Positions 9,933 through 17,796 of a DNA stretch of 38,543 nt are shown here, piece by piece. Location of the stretch: positions 1 through 38,543 of the forward strand of contig CANQIG010000001.1 in assembly GCA_947623765.1 (NCBI GenBank), given 5' to 3'. The notes under the pieces are model-generated. The model saw nothing but the letters and a program-made list of their open reading frames with translations. It did not search any database and was not told the DNA's origin. Within the stretch, counting starts at the first letter, position 1. Every line of letters starts with the position of its first letter. Both the position numbers and the translations under genes were made by a program. This DNA comes from an uncultured Clostridia bacterium. Lineage in GTDB: Bacteria > Bacillota > Clostridia > Oscillospirales > Acutalibacteraceae.

Positions 9933-10839
9933 GATCATTGTGCAGGAGGACAATGTGCGCGCGGATCAGGCTGTCGCTTCGGCGCTCCCTTCGCTCTCCC
10001 GGGCAGCCGTGCAGAAACTGATGGAGGACGGGTGCGTGTTGGCCGGCGGCCGGGCCGTTCGGAAAAGCGAAAAGCTGTCCTTCGGCACAAAGGTCACGGT
10101 CGACCTCCCTGAGGCCGAGCCCATGGAGGCGAAGGCCGAGGCGATCCCACTGGATATTCTCTATGAGGACGGCGATCTGCTGGTCGTGAATAAGCCGAAA
10201 GGCATGGTCGTCCACCCTGCGGCGGGACATTCCTCCGGCACGCTTGTCAACGCGCTCCTGTACCATTGCGGAGATTCTCTCTCCGGCATCAACGGTGTCC
10301 TTCGTCCGGGGATCGTGCACAGGATCGACCGCGACACGAGCGGTCTTCTGGTCGTCGCGAAAAACGACGTTTCTCACCGCGCGCTCGCAGAACAGATCGC
10401 TGCGCACAGCTTTACGCGGGAATATAGCGCCGTGGTATACGGCAATCTGCGGGAGAGCGGCACGGTCGACGCCGCGATTGCGCGCCATCCGACGGAACGC
10501 AAGCGTATGGCGGTTTCCAGCTCTCCGCAGGCTCGGCGCGCAGTGACGCATTACACCCCGGTGGCTCAATTTGTGGGGTTCTGCCAGCTGAAACTCCGAT
10601 TGGAGACCGGGCGCACGCATCAGATCCGCGTGCATATGGCGTATCTCGGACACCCCGTGGCGGGTGATCCCGTCTACGGGCCAAAAAAATGCATCGTTTC
10701 GCTCGGTGGGCAGTGCCTGCACGCAGGCAAGATCGGTTTCGTGCATCCGAGGACGGGGGAGTATCTGGAGTTTTCCGCGCCGCTTCCGGATTCATTTTCC
10801 GCGTTTCTTCGCACGCTTCGCCCGGAGGAAACCACATGA
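9919..10839 (+). CDS. rluD: RluA/RluD-family pseudouridine synthase
   Basis: N-terminal S4 domain, NKPKGMVVHP, HRIDRDTSG catalytic Asp, TGRTHQIR, GDPVYG. Confidence 0.93.
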   Translation: MERIEIIVQEDNVRADQAVASALPSLSRAAVQKLMEDGCVLAGGRAVRKSEKLSFGTKVTVDLPEAEPMEAKAEAIPLDILYEDGDLLVVNKPKGMVVHPAAGHSSGTLVNALLYHCGDSLSGINGVLRPGIVHRIDRDTSGLLVVAKNDVSHRALAEQIAAHSFTREYSAVVYGNLRESGTVDAAIARHPTERKRMAVSSSPQARRAVTHYTPVAQFVGFCQLKLRLETGRTHQIRVHMAYLGHPVAGDPVYGPKKCIVSLGGQCLHAGKIGFVHPRTGEYLEFSAPLPDSFSAFLRTLRPEETT

Positions 10840-11186
10840 AGTCCCGGTCATTTGCGATCCTTCTGCTGTTCGTGGCAGCGTTAGCCGCCGTGATGTTTGC
10901 CGTCGCGCTCTCGGAACAGGAGATCGCGACATATACGGTCTCCGGGAATGCAGCGGGAGGCGATGAAAAACGCGGCACATCGGCTGCAGAAAAGAGGATT
11001 GATCTCAACACGGCGACCGAGGAAGATCTCACCGCCCTTCCGGGGATCGGCCCGGTTACTGCCGCAAGGATCGTGGCATACCGGGAAGAACACGGGAACT
11101 TTTACGACCCCGGCGAGCTGACCGAGGTGGAAGGCATCGGGGAGAAGACGCTGGAAACGCTGCTGCCGTATCTATTTTGCGAATAA
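10836..11186 (+). CDS. comEA: ComEA-family helix-hairpin-helix DNA-binding protein (short form)
   Basis: N-terminal TM helix, IDLNTATEEDLTALPGIGPVTAARIVAYREEHG...VEGIGEKT tandem HhH; ATGA overlap with rluD, GGAGG RBS. Confidence 0.85.
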   Translation: MKSRSFAILLLFVAALAAVMFAVALSEQEIATYTVSGNAAGGDEKRGTSAAEKRIDLNTATEEDLTALPGIGPVTAARIVAYREEHGNFYDPGELTEVEGIGEKTLETLLPYLFCE

Positions 11187-11188
11187 AC

Positions 11189-11237
11189 AAACAGGGACCG
11201 ATCTGACGGACACACCGTCAGACCGATCCCTGTTTTT
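11189..11237. terminator. Bidirectional intrinsic terminator between convergent comEA and tyrS
   Basis: Long imperfect inverted repeat AAACAGGGACCGATCTGACGG / CCGTCAGACCGATCCCTGTTT with A and T runs on its flanks. Confidence 0.8.
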
Positions 11238-11250
11238 ATCGTTCCATAAT

Positions 11251-12477
11251 TTATTGCAGGATCACTTTATGGAAGACCTTTTTGCCCTTCTTCACGATGA
11301 CCTGCCCTTTGGAAAAGTCCTCCGTCCCGACGGTCTTCATCGGGTCGGTCACCTTCACGTCGTCCAGGGAGATGCCGCCCTGCTGGATCAGACGGCGGCC
11401 CTCGCCTTTGGAGGGAACGAGCCCGCAGGCCAAGAGAAGATCGAGGATCGCGATCTTGCCGTCTGTGAGCGCCTCTGAGGCCAGTTCTGTCGTGGGCATA
11501 TTGTTTGTGTCCGCACCGCCCCCAAAGAGCGCACGGGCGCCCTCACGGGCTTTCTCGGCCTCTTCTTCGCCGTGGACCATCTTGGTCAACTCAAACGCGA
11601 GGATCTCCTTGGCACGGTTGAGGTCGCTGCTTTCCCACGACTCCATCTTTTCGATCTCCTCGAGCGGGAGGAAGGTCAGCATCTTGAGGCATTTGACGAC
11701 GTCCGCGTCGCCGACGTTCCGCCAGTACTGGAAGAAGTCGAAGGGGGAGGTCTTCTCCGGATCGAGCCAGACGGCATTTCCGGCGGTCTTGCCCATTTTG
11801 TGGCCCTGCGAATCGGTCAGCAGCGTGATCGTCATGGCGTTCGCGTCCTTGCCGAGCTTGCGGCGGATCAGCTCCGTGCCGCCGAGCATATTGCTCCACT
11901 GGTCGTCGCCGCCAAACTGCATATTGCATCCCATCGTTTTGTAGAGATGGTAAAAGTCGTACGACTGCATGATCATATAGTTGAATTCGAGGAAGGAGAG
12001 ACCCTTCTCCATGCGCTGCCGGTAGCACTCCGCGCGGAGCATATTGTTGACCGAGAAGCACGCGCCGACCTCGCGCAGGAGCTCCACATAATTGAGATCC
12101 AGCAGCCAGTCCGCGTTGTTCACCATCGTAGCCTTGCCTTCGCCGAATTCAATGAACCGCTCCATCTGCCGCTTGAAGCACGCTGCGTTGTGGTCGATGT
12201 CCTCGCGCGTGAGCATCTTGCGCATATCGGTGCGCCCGGAGGGGTCGCCGATCATCGTCGTCCCGCCGCCGATCAGCGCGATCGGGCGGTTCCCGGCCAT
12301 CTGCAGGCGCTTCATCAGCGTCAGCGCCATAAAATGTCCGGCGGTCAGGCTGTCCGCGGTGCAGTCAAAGCCGATGTAAAAAACAGCCTTTCCGTTGTTG
12401 ACCGTCTCGCGGATCTCCTCCTCGTTCGTGACCTGCGCGATCAGGCCGCGCGCTTTCAGTTCTTCATAGATCTGCAT
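11251..12477 (-). CDS. tyrS: Tyrosine--tRNA ligase
   Basis: YIGFDCTADSL, IGDPSGR, QFGGDDQWSN, KMGKT, C-terminal S4 domain (KKGKK); start MQIYEELKARG with GGAAAGGA RBS. Confidence 0.97.
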   Translation of the reverse strand: MQIYEELKARGLIAQVTNEEEIRETVNNGKAVFYIGFDCTADSLTAGHFMALTLMKRLQMAGNRPIALIGGGTTMIGDPSGRTDMRKMLTREDIDHNAACFKRQMERFIEFGEGKATMVNNADWLLDLNYVELLREVGACFSVNNMLRAECYRQRMEKGLSFLEFNYMIMQSYDFYHLYKTMGCNMQFGGDDQWSNMLGGTELIRRKLGKDANAMTITLLTDSQGHKMGKTAGNAVWLDPEKTSPFDFFQYWRNVGDADVVKCLKMLTFLPLEEIEKMESWESSDLNRAKEILAFELTKMVHGEEEAEKAREGARALFGGGADTNNMPTTELASEALTDGKIAILDLLLACGLVPSKGEGRRLIQQGGISLDDVKVTDPMKTVGTEDFSKGQVIVKKGKKVFHKVILQ

Positions 12478-12578
12478 GGTGTATTCTTCCTTTCCTGCGT
12501 TTTTGCCGCGTTCTGTTCTGCCGCGGGGCGTTCTCTTTCGCTGCCGGTATGCAAAGAGCGTCCCGGTTCCTGCGTGAA

Positions 12579-12833
12579 ACAAAAAAGCCCTCTGCAAAAT
12601 GCAGAGGGCGAAAGATTCCGCGGTACCACCTCAGTTTATCCCGAACTCACACCCGGGACCTCACGGGGTTCGTGTGCAAACCCCTGCGCCGTAACGCGCG
12701 CTCGCGGCTCTCCCTACTGAAAGTTCAGGAGAGCGGCTCGGGAATGTATTTCCACGCCGCTTCGCACCCGCTTCCACCGTCCGCGGGCTCTCTGTGCCGA
12801 AGAAAAACGTGTACTTCTTTCCGTCTTCGCCGT
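12579..12833 (-). ncRNA. Tyr-specific T-box riboswitch (cis-regulatory leader of tyrS)
   Basis: On the minus strand: Stem I with AGAGA and GGTGGAA motifs, specifier GAAA-UAC (Tyr codon, 12746-12748), T-box AACTGAGGTGGTACCGCG (12619-12636), terminator GCCCTCTGCA-TTT-TGCAGAGGGC-TTTTTT (12581-12609). Confidence 0.93.
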
Positions 12834-12841
12834 TGTTAAAG

Positions 12842-12870
12842 ATTATATCCCGAAAAGCCGGAAATGTCAA
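12842..12870 (-). promoter_or_regulatory. Consensus SigA promoter of the T-box/tyrS transcript
   Basis: TTGACA-17bp-TATAAT on the minus strand; the -35 overlaps the rnmV TGA stop. Confidence 0.85.
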
Positions 12871-13457
12871 GCATTTTCCCGGATTTTTTCGATCGCCGAA
12901 AGAACGGCTTCTCTTTTCTCCGCCGTGTCCGCCCATTCGGAAAAGCGCTTGAGCGTCAGGTTCTCCGGAAGACCGAGCAGGGAAAGCAGCTGTTTTCGCA
13001 GCGCCGCGCTGCCGGGATGTCCGGTGAGACCGAAGGAATAGAAGTCGGCTGTGGTAAATTGCGCCGCGCGGTCTTTCCGTTCCGTACAGCACCCAGCGTC
13101 CAGAAGTGCTTTCTCCAGCACCTCGGACGGCATTCCTTCCACGCCGAGCTTTCCCTCTTTGGACGGCGCGCTTTTTCGCCGCTCCTTTCCAGGAACGTCC
13201 GGGATGTACGCGTGGCGGACGCGCTCTTTCGGGAGAAACGACTCCAGATACGCCCGGATCTGGCGGCCCGCGTTGTCGCTGTCCGTCAGGATCACCACGC
13301 CGCGCTCCTCGGCGAGCCGTTTGAGATACGCGCGCTTCTCCGCGTCATGATAGATCGAGAATCCGTTCGTCTCGACGATCATGGCATCACAGACAGCGGC
13401 AAGCCTGCCGCGGTCGTAGCGGCCCTCGGTCACGATGACTTCCTGAATATGCAGCAT
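12867..13457 (-). CDS. rnmV: Ribonuclease M5 (Toprim domain)
   Basis: IVTEGRYD, ILTDSDNAGRQIR, GKLGVEG Toprim motifs; C-terminal GLTG...LRKQLLSLLGL. Confidence 0.88.
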   Translation of the reverse strand: MLHIQEVIVTEGRYDRGRLAAVCDAMIVETNGFSIYHDAEKRAYLKRLAEERGVVILTDSDNAGRQIRAYLESFLPKERVRHAYIPDVPGKERRKSAPSKEGKLGVEGMPSEVLEKALLDAGCCTERKDRAAQFTTADFYSFGLTGHPGSAALRKQLLSLLGLPENLTLKRFSEWADTAEKREAVLSAIEKIRENA

Positions 13458-13466
13458 AACGTCTCC

Positions 13467-14519
13467 TCAGGCGACACTGCCCCGGTGGGACAGAAGGAGC
13501 AGCTTTGCAAACAGTGTTTCCAGCGTGATCCGGTCCACGCTCTGTGCGGAGAGCTTCATGGTGAGATCTGCGTCGAGCAGCAAGTCAAGACACTCCCGAA
13601 GCGTCTCGAGAGAAAGGTCGCGCATATCATTCGCCGCGCTGCGCAGGCGGAAATCCCGGCCTTTATAGTCTCCGTATTCCATCGGCGCGGTGGTATTCCG
13701 TCCGCTTTCGACCGCCGCGCGCACGCGGTACATATCGATATAGGCGTTCGAGAGAACGGACAGAATAGAGATCGGCTTCTCTCCCTGCTGCAAAAGAAGA
13801 TCGAGCAGGCCGTACGCTTTCTCGTAATTTCCCCGCACCAGAGCGTTCGAGAGCAGGAAAACCGTCGTCTCCAGGTTCTTCGTGACAATTTTGTCCACCT
13901 GCTCGTCCGTGATCTCTCCGCCTCCCACGAACGCGCAGAGCTTTTGCAGCTCGTTTTGCAGCGTGTTGAGGTCGTTCCCGGTATCCCGCACGATTTTTCC
14001 AGCGAGGCGGCGGCTGAGGGTGCATCCCATCTTTTCCGCCTGTCGGCAGAGATACTTTTCGAGGTCGCTGTCGCTGCGGCGGGAATAACAGACGGAAAAC
14101 CCGTTCTTTTCGACGGATCTCAGAACGCCGCGCCATTTTGCGTTCTTTTTGGGGTCGAAGTCCAACGTCGGGTAGTAGAACACGAGCACCGTGGTCTCCG
14201 GTACGCTCTCCAAAAGCTCATCCATCTTCTTCAGCGCACCGCTGTCCAATGCTTCGACATCGAGGTCCCGGACCGTGACGCATTTTTGTTCCGCAAAGAA
14301 GGGCAGCGCGAGCGCCGCATCCGCGATCTGGTCCACCGTCGCGGTGTGGGGAAGTTCATTCTGATTGAATTCCGGAAAGGCCGTGATGTTCATTTTTTTG
14401 AGGAGCCGCTGAACCTCCCGTTTGATGAGGACTTTTTCCTCTCCGTAAAGGAAATACGTGCCCGCAAAGTCTTCCTTGGAAAACCTTTCCCGAAGCTGGG
14501 CTTCTGTGATTTCCGGCAT
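13467..14519 (-). CDS. holA: DNA polymerase III delta subunit
   Basis: YFLYGEE, LPFFAEQKCV, GNDLNTLQNELQKL, DLTMKLS; directly downstream of comEC as in other Firmicutes. Confidence 0.9.
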   Translation of the reverse strand: MPEITEAQLRERFSKEDFAGTYFLYGEEKVLIKREVQRLLKKMNITAFPEFNQNELPHTATVDQIADAALALPFFAEQKCVTVRDLDVEALDSGALKKMDELLESVPETTVLVFYYPTLDFDPKKNAKWRGVLRSVEKNGFSVCYSRRSDSDLEKYLCRQAEKMGCTLSRRLAGKIVRDTGNDLNTLQNELQKLCAFVGGGEITDEQVDKIVTKNLETTVFLLSNALVRGNYEKAYGLLDLLLQQGEKPISILSVLSNAYIDMYRVRAAVESGRNTTAPMEYGDYKGRDFRLRSAANDMRDLSLETLRECLDLLLDADLTMKLSAQSVDRITLETLFAKLLLLSHRGSVA

Positions 14520-14537
14520 GGCAAACTCCTTTCTCTT

Positions 14538-16691
14538 TCAGCCGATATAGGCCCGAACGCCGTTTTGCGAGAACCGCAGAAGCGTCCGTTCCGCACCGTC
14601 CGAAAAGAAATACGTTCCGTCGTGTTCAAGCGGCAGATCGGAGACGGACGCCTCTCCGATCAAAAGCGTATACGGCGCCGTCACGCCGCAATCCGCATCC
14701 TCCGTGATGAGAAGGTCGGGCGACGCGTGGATTCCCGTCAAAGCCTTTTCTCCCGCATACACGACCGTTCTCCCATAGGCATTTACAGTCACGACGCGTC
14801 CCTTTGCGGTCACCGAACAGGAAGCATCCGGGCTGAGCATTTGATCCGTACCGTAACGGTATCGCGGCGCATCCTCGCCCGCAAGCGGGAAATAGACCGC
14901 TTCGGGCAAGAGAAACGCATCAACGGGGAACGATTCCGCGACGTGTTCCGCACAGCGGATATCCGCTTCTTTCTCGTTGACAAGCAGAAAGCGGAGCCTC
15001 TCTACGCCGTTTTCGGAAAGCGCATCGGCGACCGTCGACCCGTTCCCGGTACACTGCAGGACAAAAGCGTCCCCGTCGTGCAGCAGAGCTGTGCAGGAGG
15101 CGTAAGGCGAATCGAGGAGAAGGACACGCGTCCCGCTCCGGTTGACTTCGGTGTTCAGCGCAGCAGAAAAAAGCACGAGTACGGCGGAGAGCAGGGTTGC
15201 GGTGAGGGAAAACCGTTTTCGCACGGCACACGCGCCGAAGAAAAAGAGCAGTACGATCAGCAGGGCCGCGGGCAGATACGCGCCGGCGAGCACGGGAGGC
15301 CGCGAAAACCGTGCGGCGACCCAATGCACGACCGCGTTCTGCGCCTTCGCGAGAACGGTGCTCACAAAGACAAATGGAGAGGCCGCCGGCGCAAGAAACG
15401 GGAGAAGCAGGAGAACGGCTGCGACGATTCCAAACCGGATGAGCCAGGCGGATATGTAGAGCGTGAGGAGCGAGGTGAGCAGCCCGGTGAAATGAACGGT
15501 CCCAAAAACGTAGAGTTGGACGGGCGCGGCGCCGAGGATCGCGCCAAGAGACGCACAGACAGGGGAGAGGGCGGCGGAAACAACCCGCTTCTTTTTTGTG
15601 TCTTTGAGCTTGGTGGTCACACGTTCCAAAAGATTCGGCGAGACGGTGACCACACCGAGCGTCGCCGAAAAGGAGAGCAGAAGCGAAATGTCCCCGACAC
15701 AGAAGGGATTGAGAAGCGTCATCAGGAGAAGCGCCGCCGCGAGGGAGTTGACCGGGTCCGGCACGCGCCCGATCACGATGCCAAAGAGCAAAAGGATCTG
15801 CATGAAGCCGCTGCGCACGACCGACGGGCTCATCCCGGAGACCAGCATAAACAGGATCACAAACCCCAAAGACACGCCGGCCGCAGCCCTGCGGTTCATC
15901 CCAAACAGCCCGAGAGCGCTGAGTGCAAACTGCGCAAAGATCGCCATGTGCATTCCGGAGATCACAAGAATATGCGAACCGCCGGCGTTCCGGTAGTCCT
16001 CGTTCAGCGCGTCCGGAATATCGTCGCGCAGTCCCACGAGCATCGCGGTGAGCACAGAGCCTTCCGGGAGCGGGAACCGGTCGAGGATCTTGTCCCGCAC
16101 CGTTTCGCGCACCGCTTCGAGATAATACCCGATGGGCCGTTTTTCCGCAGAAACGACCTCGACGGAGGCGTAATCGGAAATATAGGCGCCGAGCGTTTTC
16201 CCGTCCGCCAGCTGCGAGGTCCGGGTCGAAAGACCGAATCGGTCCTCGAATTCATAAAACCGGACCGTTGCACGGACTGTATCGCCGATCTCCACGGGCA
16301 GCGCGTCCCCGTGCGTCAGCCGGACGGTAAAATCCACATTCTGCCCGGTTTCCTCCAAGCGGCGCACCCTTGCCGTGTAGCGGGAATTTCCGTAGCTTTT
16401 CCCTTCCTTCCCGAGGATCTCCATCTCCGCACGGTACGTGTTCCCGGCGTAACGCTCCACGGGCAGGACACGGACCCGCACAGAGAGCGTATACACGAGA
16501 AACGCGGCAAAGAAGACAACCGCAAAGAGAAAGACGACCGGATATTTCCGCCGCACCCGCAGGAGAAGCAGCGCTGCGGCGACCAGAAAAGAGACTAGCG
16601 CCAAAACGGCAGCCGCTGTCACGCCGAGAAAAGAGGCGATCAGGAGCGCGCCGAAATAGCTGAAGCCGATGGGGATCAAAGGCCGCGCCAT
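14538..16691 (-). CDS. comEC: ComEC/Rec2-family DNA uptake channel protein
   Basis: N-terminal TMs and OB-like region, AMLVG, GGSHILVISGMH, SPSVVRS, NPF, LSFSATLG competence domain; degenerate C-terminal domain. Alternative TTG start at 16697. Confidence 0.88.
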   Translation of the reverse strand: MARPLIPIGFSYFGALLIASFLGVTAAAVLALVSFLVAAALLLLRVRRKYPVVFLFAVVFFAAFLVYTLSVRVRVLPVERYAGNTYRAEMEILGKEGKSYGNSRYTARVRRLEETGQNVDFTVRLTHGDALPVEIGDTVRATVRFYEFEDRFGLSTRTSQLADGKTLGAYISDYASVEVVSAEKRPIGYYLEAVRETVRDKILDRFPLPEGSVLTAMLVGLRDDIPDALNEDYRNAGGSHILVISGMHMAIFAQFALSALGLFGMNRRAAAGVSLGFVILFMLVSGMSPSVVRSGFMQILLLFGIVIGRVPDPVNSLAAALLLMTLLNPFCVGDISLLLSFSATLGVVTVSPNLLERVTTKLKDTKKKRVVSAALSPVCASLGAILGAAPVQLYVFGTVHFTGLLTSLLTLYISAWLIRFGIVAAVLLLLPFLAPAASPFVFVSTVLAKAQNAVVHWVAARFSRPPVLAGAYLPAALLIVLLFFFGACAVRKRFSLTATLLSAVLVLFSAALNTEVNRSGTRVLLLDSPYASCTALLHDGDAFVLQCTGNGSTVADALSENGVERLRFLLVNEKEADIRCAEHVAESFPVDAFLLPEAVYFPLAGEDAPRYRYGTDQMLSPDASCSVTAKGRVVTVNAYGRTVVYAGEKALTGIHASPDLLITEDADCGVTAPYTLLIGEASVSDLPLEHDGTYFFSDGAERTLLRFSQNGVRAYIG

Positions 16692-16693
16692 AG

Positions 16694-17407
16694 TCAAAGG
16701 TCCTTCCCGGTCAAAAGTTCCAGAATGTCTGCATAGGACGATCCCTCATATGTCACGGGAACGGAGAGTGGGTTGTCCTTCCGCTCCGGGTTGCACCAGA
16801 TGGAAAGTATCCCTGCGTTCGCCGCGCCCTGCATATCTGCGGACAGCGAGTCTCCGACCACGATGCAGTTTTCCGGTTCCGCTCCGGGAATACCGGCGAG
16901 CACCGCGTCGAAAAAGCGCTTGTCCGGCTTCGCGTAACCGATCTCGTCGGAAATGAAAACGCCCTGTACAAAGTCCAAAATGCCGGACTGCGCAAAGCGT
17001 GTCTTTTGCGTTGACGCATTGCCGTTTGTCACGATGTAGATCGCAAAGCGCTTAGAAAGCGCCCGCAGGAGATCGAGCGCGCCGGGGTAGGGCGTGCCGC
17101 TTTTCCCGAGCGTGTCGAAGTAGACGCGGTTCATCTCGACGGGGTCGCGCGCGGGCAGCCCGGCCGCGCGGAAAAAGTCCTGAAAGCGCGTGTAAAGGGT
17201 CTGCTTATCGCAGAGTCCCTTTTCATAATTCGCCCACCAGCGGTTGTTGCACGATTCGTAGAGCGCGAGGACTTCGTCGGAAAAGGGCCGAACCACGTCA
17301 AAGCCCATCGCGCAGTATGCCGTTTGGATCGCGCGTCGCATGTCCGCGGGGAAGTCGAGCAGCGTATAATCCGCATCAAAGAGGAGAAAGCGAAGCGTGA
17401 GGATCAC
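16694..17407 (-). CDS. YjjG-family HAD nucleotidase
   Basis: FDADYTLLDF motif I, IVTNG, FISDEIGYAKPD, VGDSLSADMQGA. Confidence 0.85.
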   Translation of the reverse strand: MILTLRFLLFDADYTLLDFPADMRRAIQTAYCAMGFDVVRPFSDEVLALYESCNNRWWANYEKGLCDKQTLYTRFQDFFRAAGLPARDPVEMNRVYFDTLGKSGTPYPGALDLLRALSKRFAIYIVTNGNASTQKTRFAQSGILDFVQGVFISDEIGYAKPDKRFFDAVLAGIPGAEPENCIVVGDSLSADMQGAANAGILSIWCNPERKDNPLSVPVTYEGSSYADILELLTGKDL

Positions 17408-17697
17408 CGGACCTTTCCTTGAAAGAGTTGATACGCGCTGTAAAGCAGCGCCGCGTGCAGCAGGATAAAGAGAGGGAGCAGCAGCATAAACTTCGGCTTT
17501 GTGGTTTTATGCCGGATCAGCAGCATCGTGAGGAATTCCCCGAGCGCGCCGCCGAGAAACCCGAGGAGAAGCAGAGACCGCTCCGGCACGCGCCACGCTT
17601 TCCGTCCGGCATTCCTTTTGTCCGCGGCCGTATAGACTGCGGCAAGCAGGTTGATGGACCCAAGATAGACGAGAAGAAGCGGAATCACAGGATTCAT
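17404..17697 (-). CDS. DUF1294 (YsdA-like) small membrane protein
   Basis: ADKRNA..WRVPERSL..GGALG..RHKTTK signature. Confidence 0.85.
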   Translation of the reverse strand: MNPVIPLLLVYLGSINLLAAVYTAADKRNAGRKAWRVPERSLLLLGFLGGALGEFLTMLLIRHKTTKPKFMLLLPLFILLHAALLYSAYQLFQGKVR

Positions 17698-17738
17698 ATT
17701 TTCGCCTGCCTTCCCATAGGTTTGATCGGGACATCTTT

Positions 17739-17767
17739 ATCTTACCGCAAAATGCTCCTGCGGTCAA
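17739..17767 (-). promoter_or_regulatory. SigA-type promoter for DUF1294-yjjG-comEC-holA-rnmV
   Basis: TTGACC-17bp-TAAGAT on the minus strand about 40 nt upstream of the start codon. Confidence 0.6.
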
Positions 17768-17796
17768 GCCGTGCAAAAGATTAGGAGGCCGTTTTT

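Noticed and set aside
12478-12597. N-terminal extensions given by the ORF track (tyrS; likewise ileS, comEA, gerB, gerC, acs, pcrA, cyclo-ligase)
   Set aside because: The extensions run through terminators, promoters or upstream genes. Downstream starts with an RBS match the family N-termini.
12864-16598. 1244-aa + strand ORF antisense to rnmV, holA and comEC
   Set aside because: All three real genes happen to share one codon register (12867, 13467 and 14538 are all multiples of 3). Rare TTA/CTA/TCA codons in this GC-rich genome therefore leave the mirror frame open. It has no RBS or recognisable motifs, so it is a shadow ORF.
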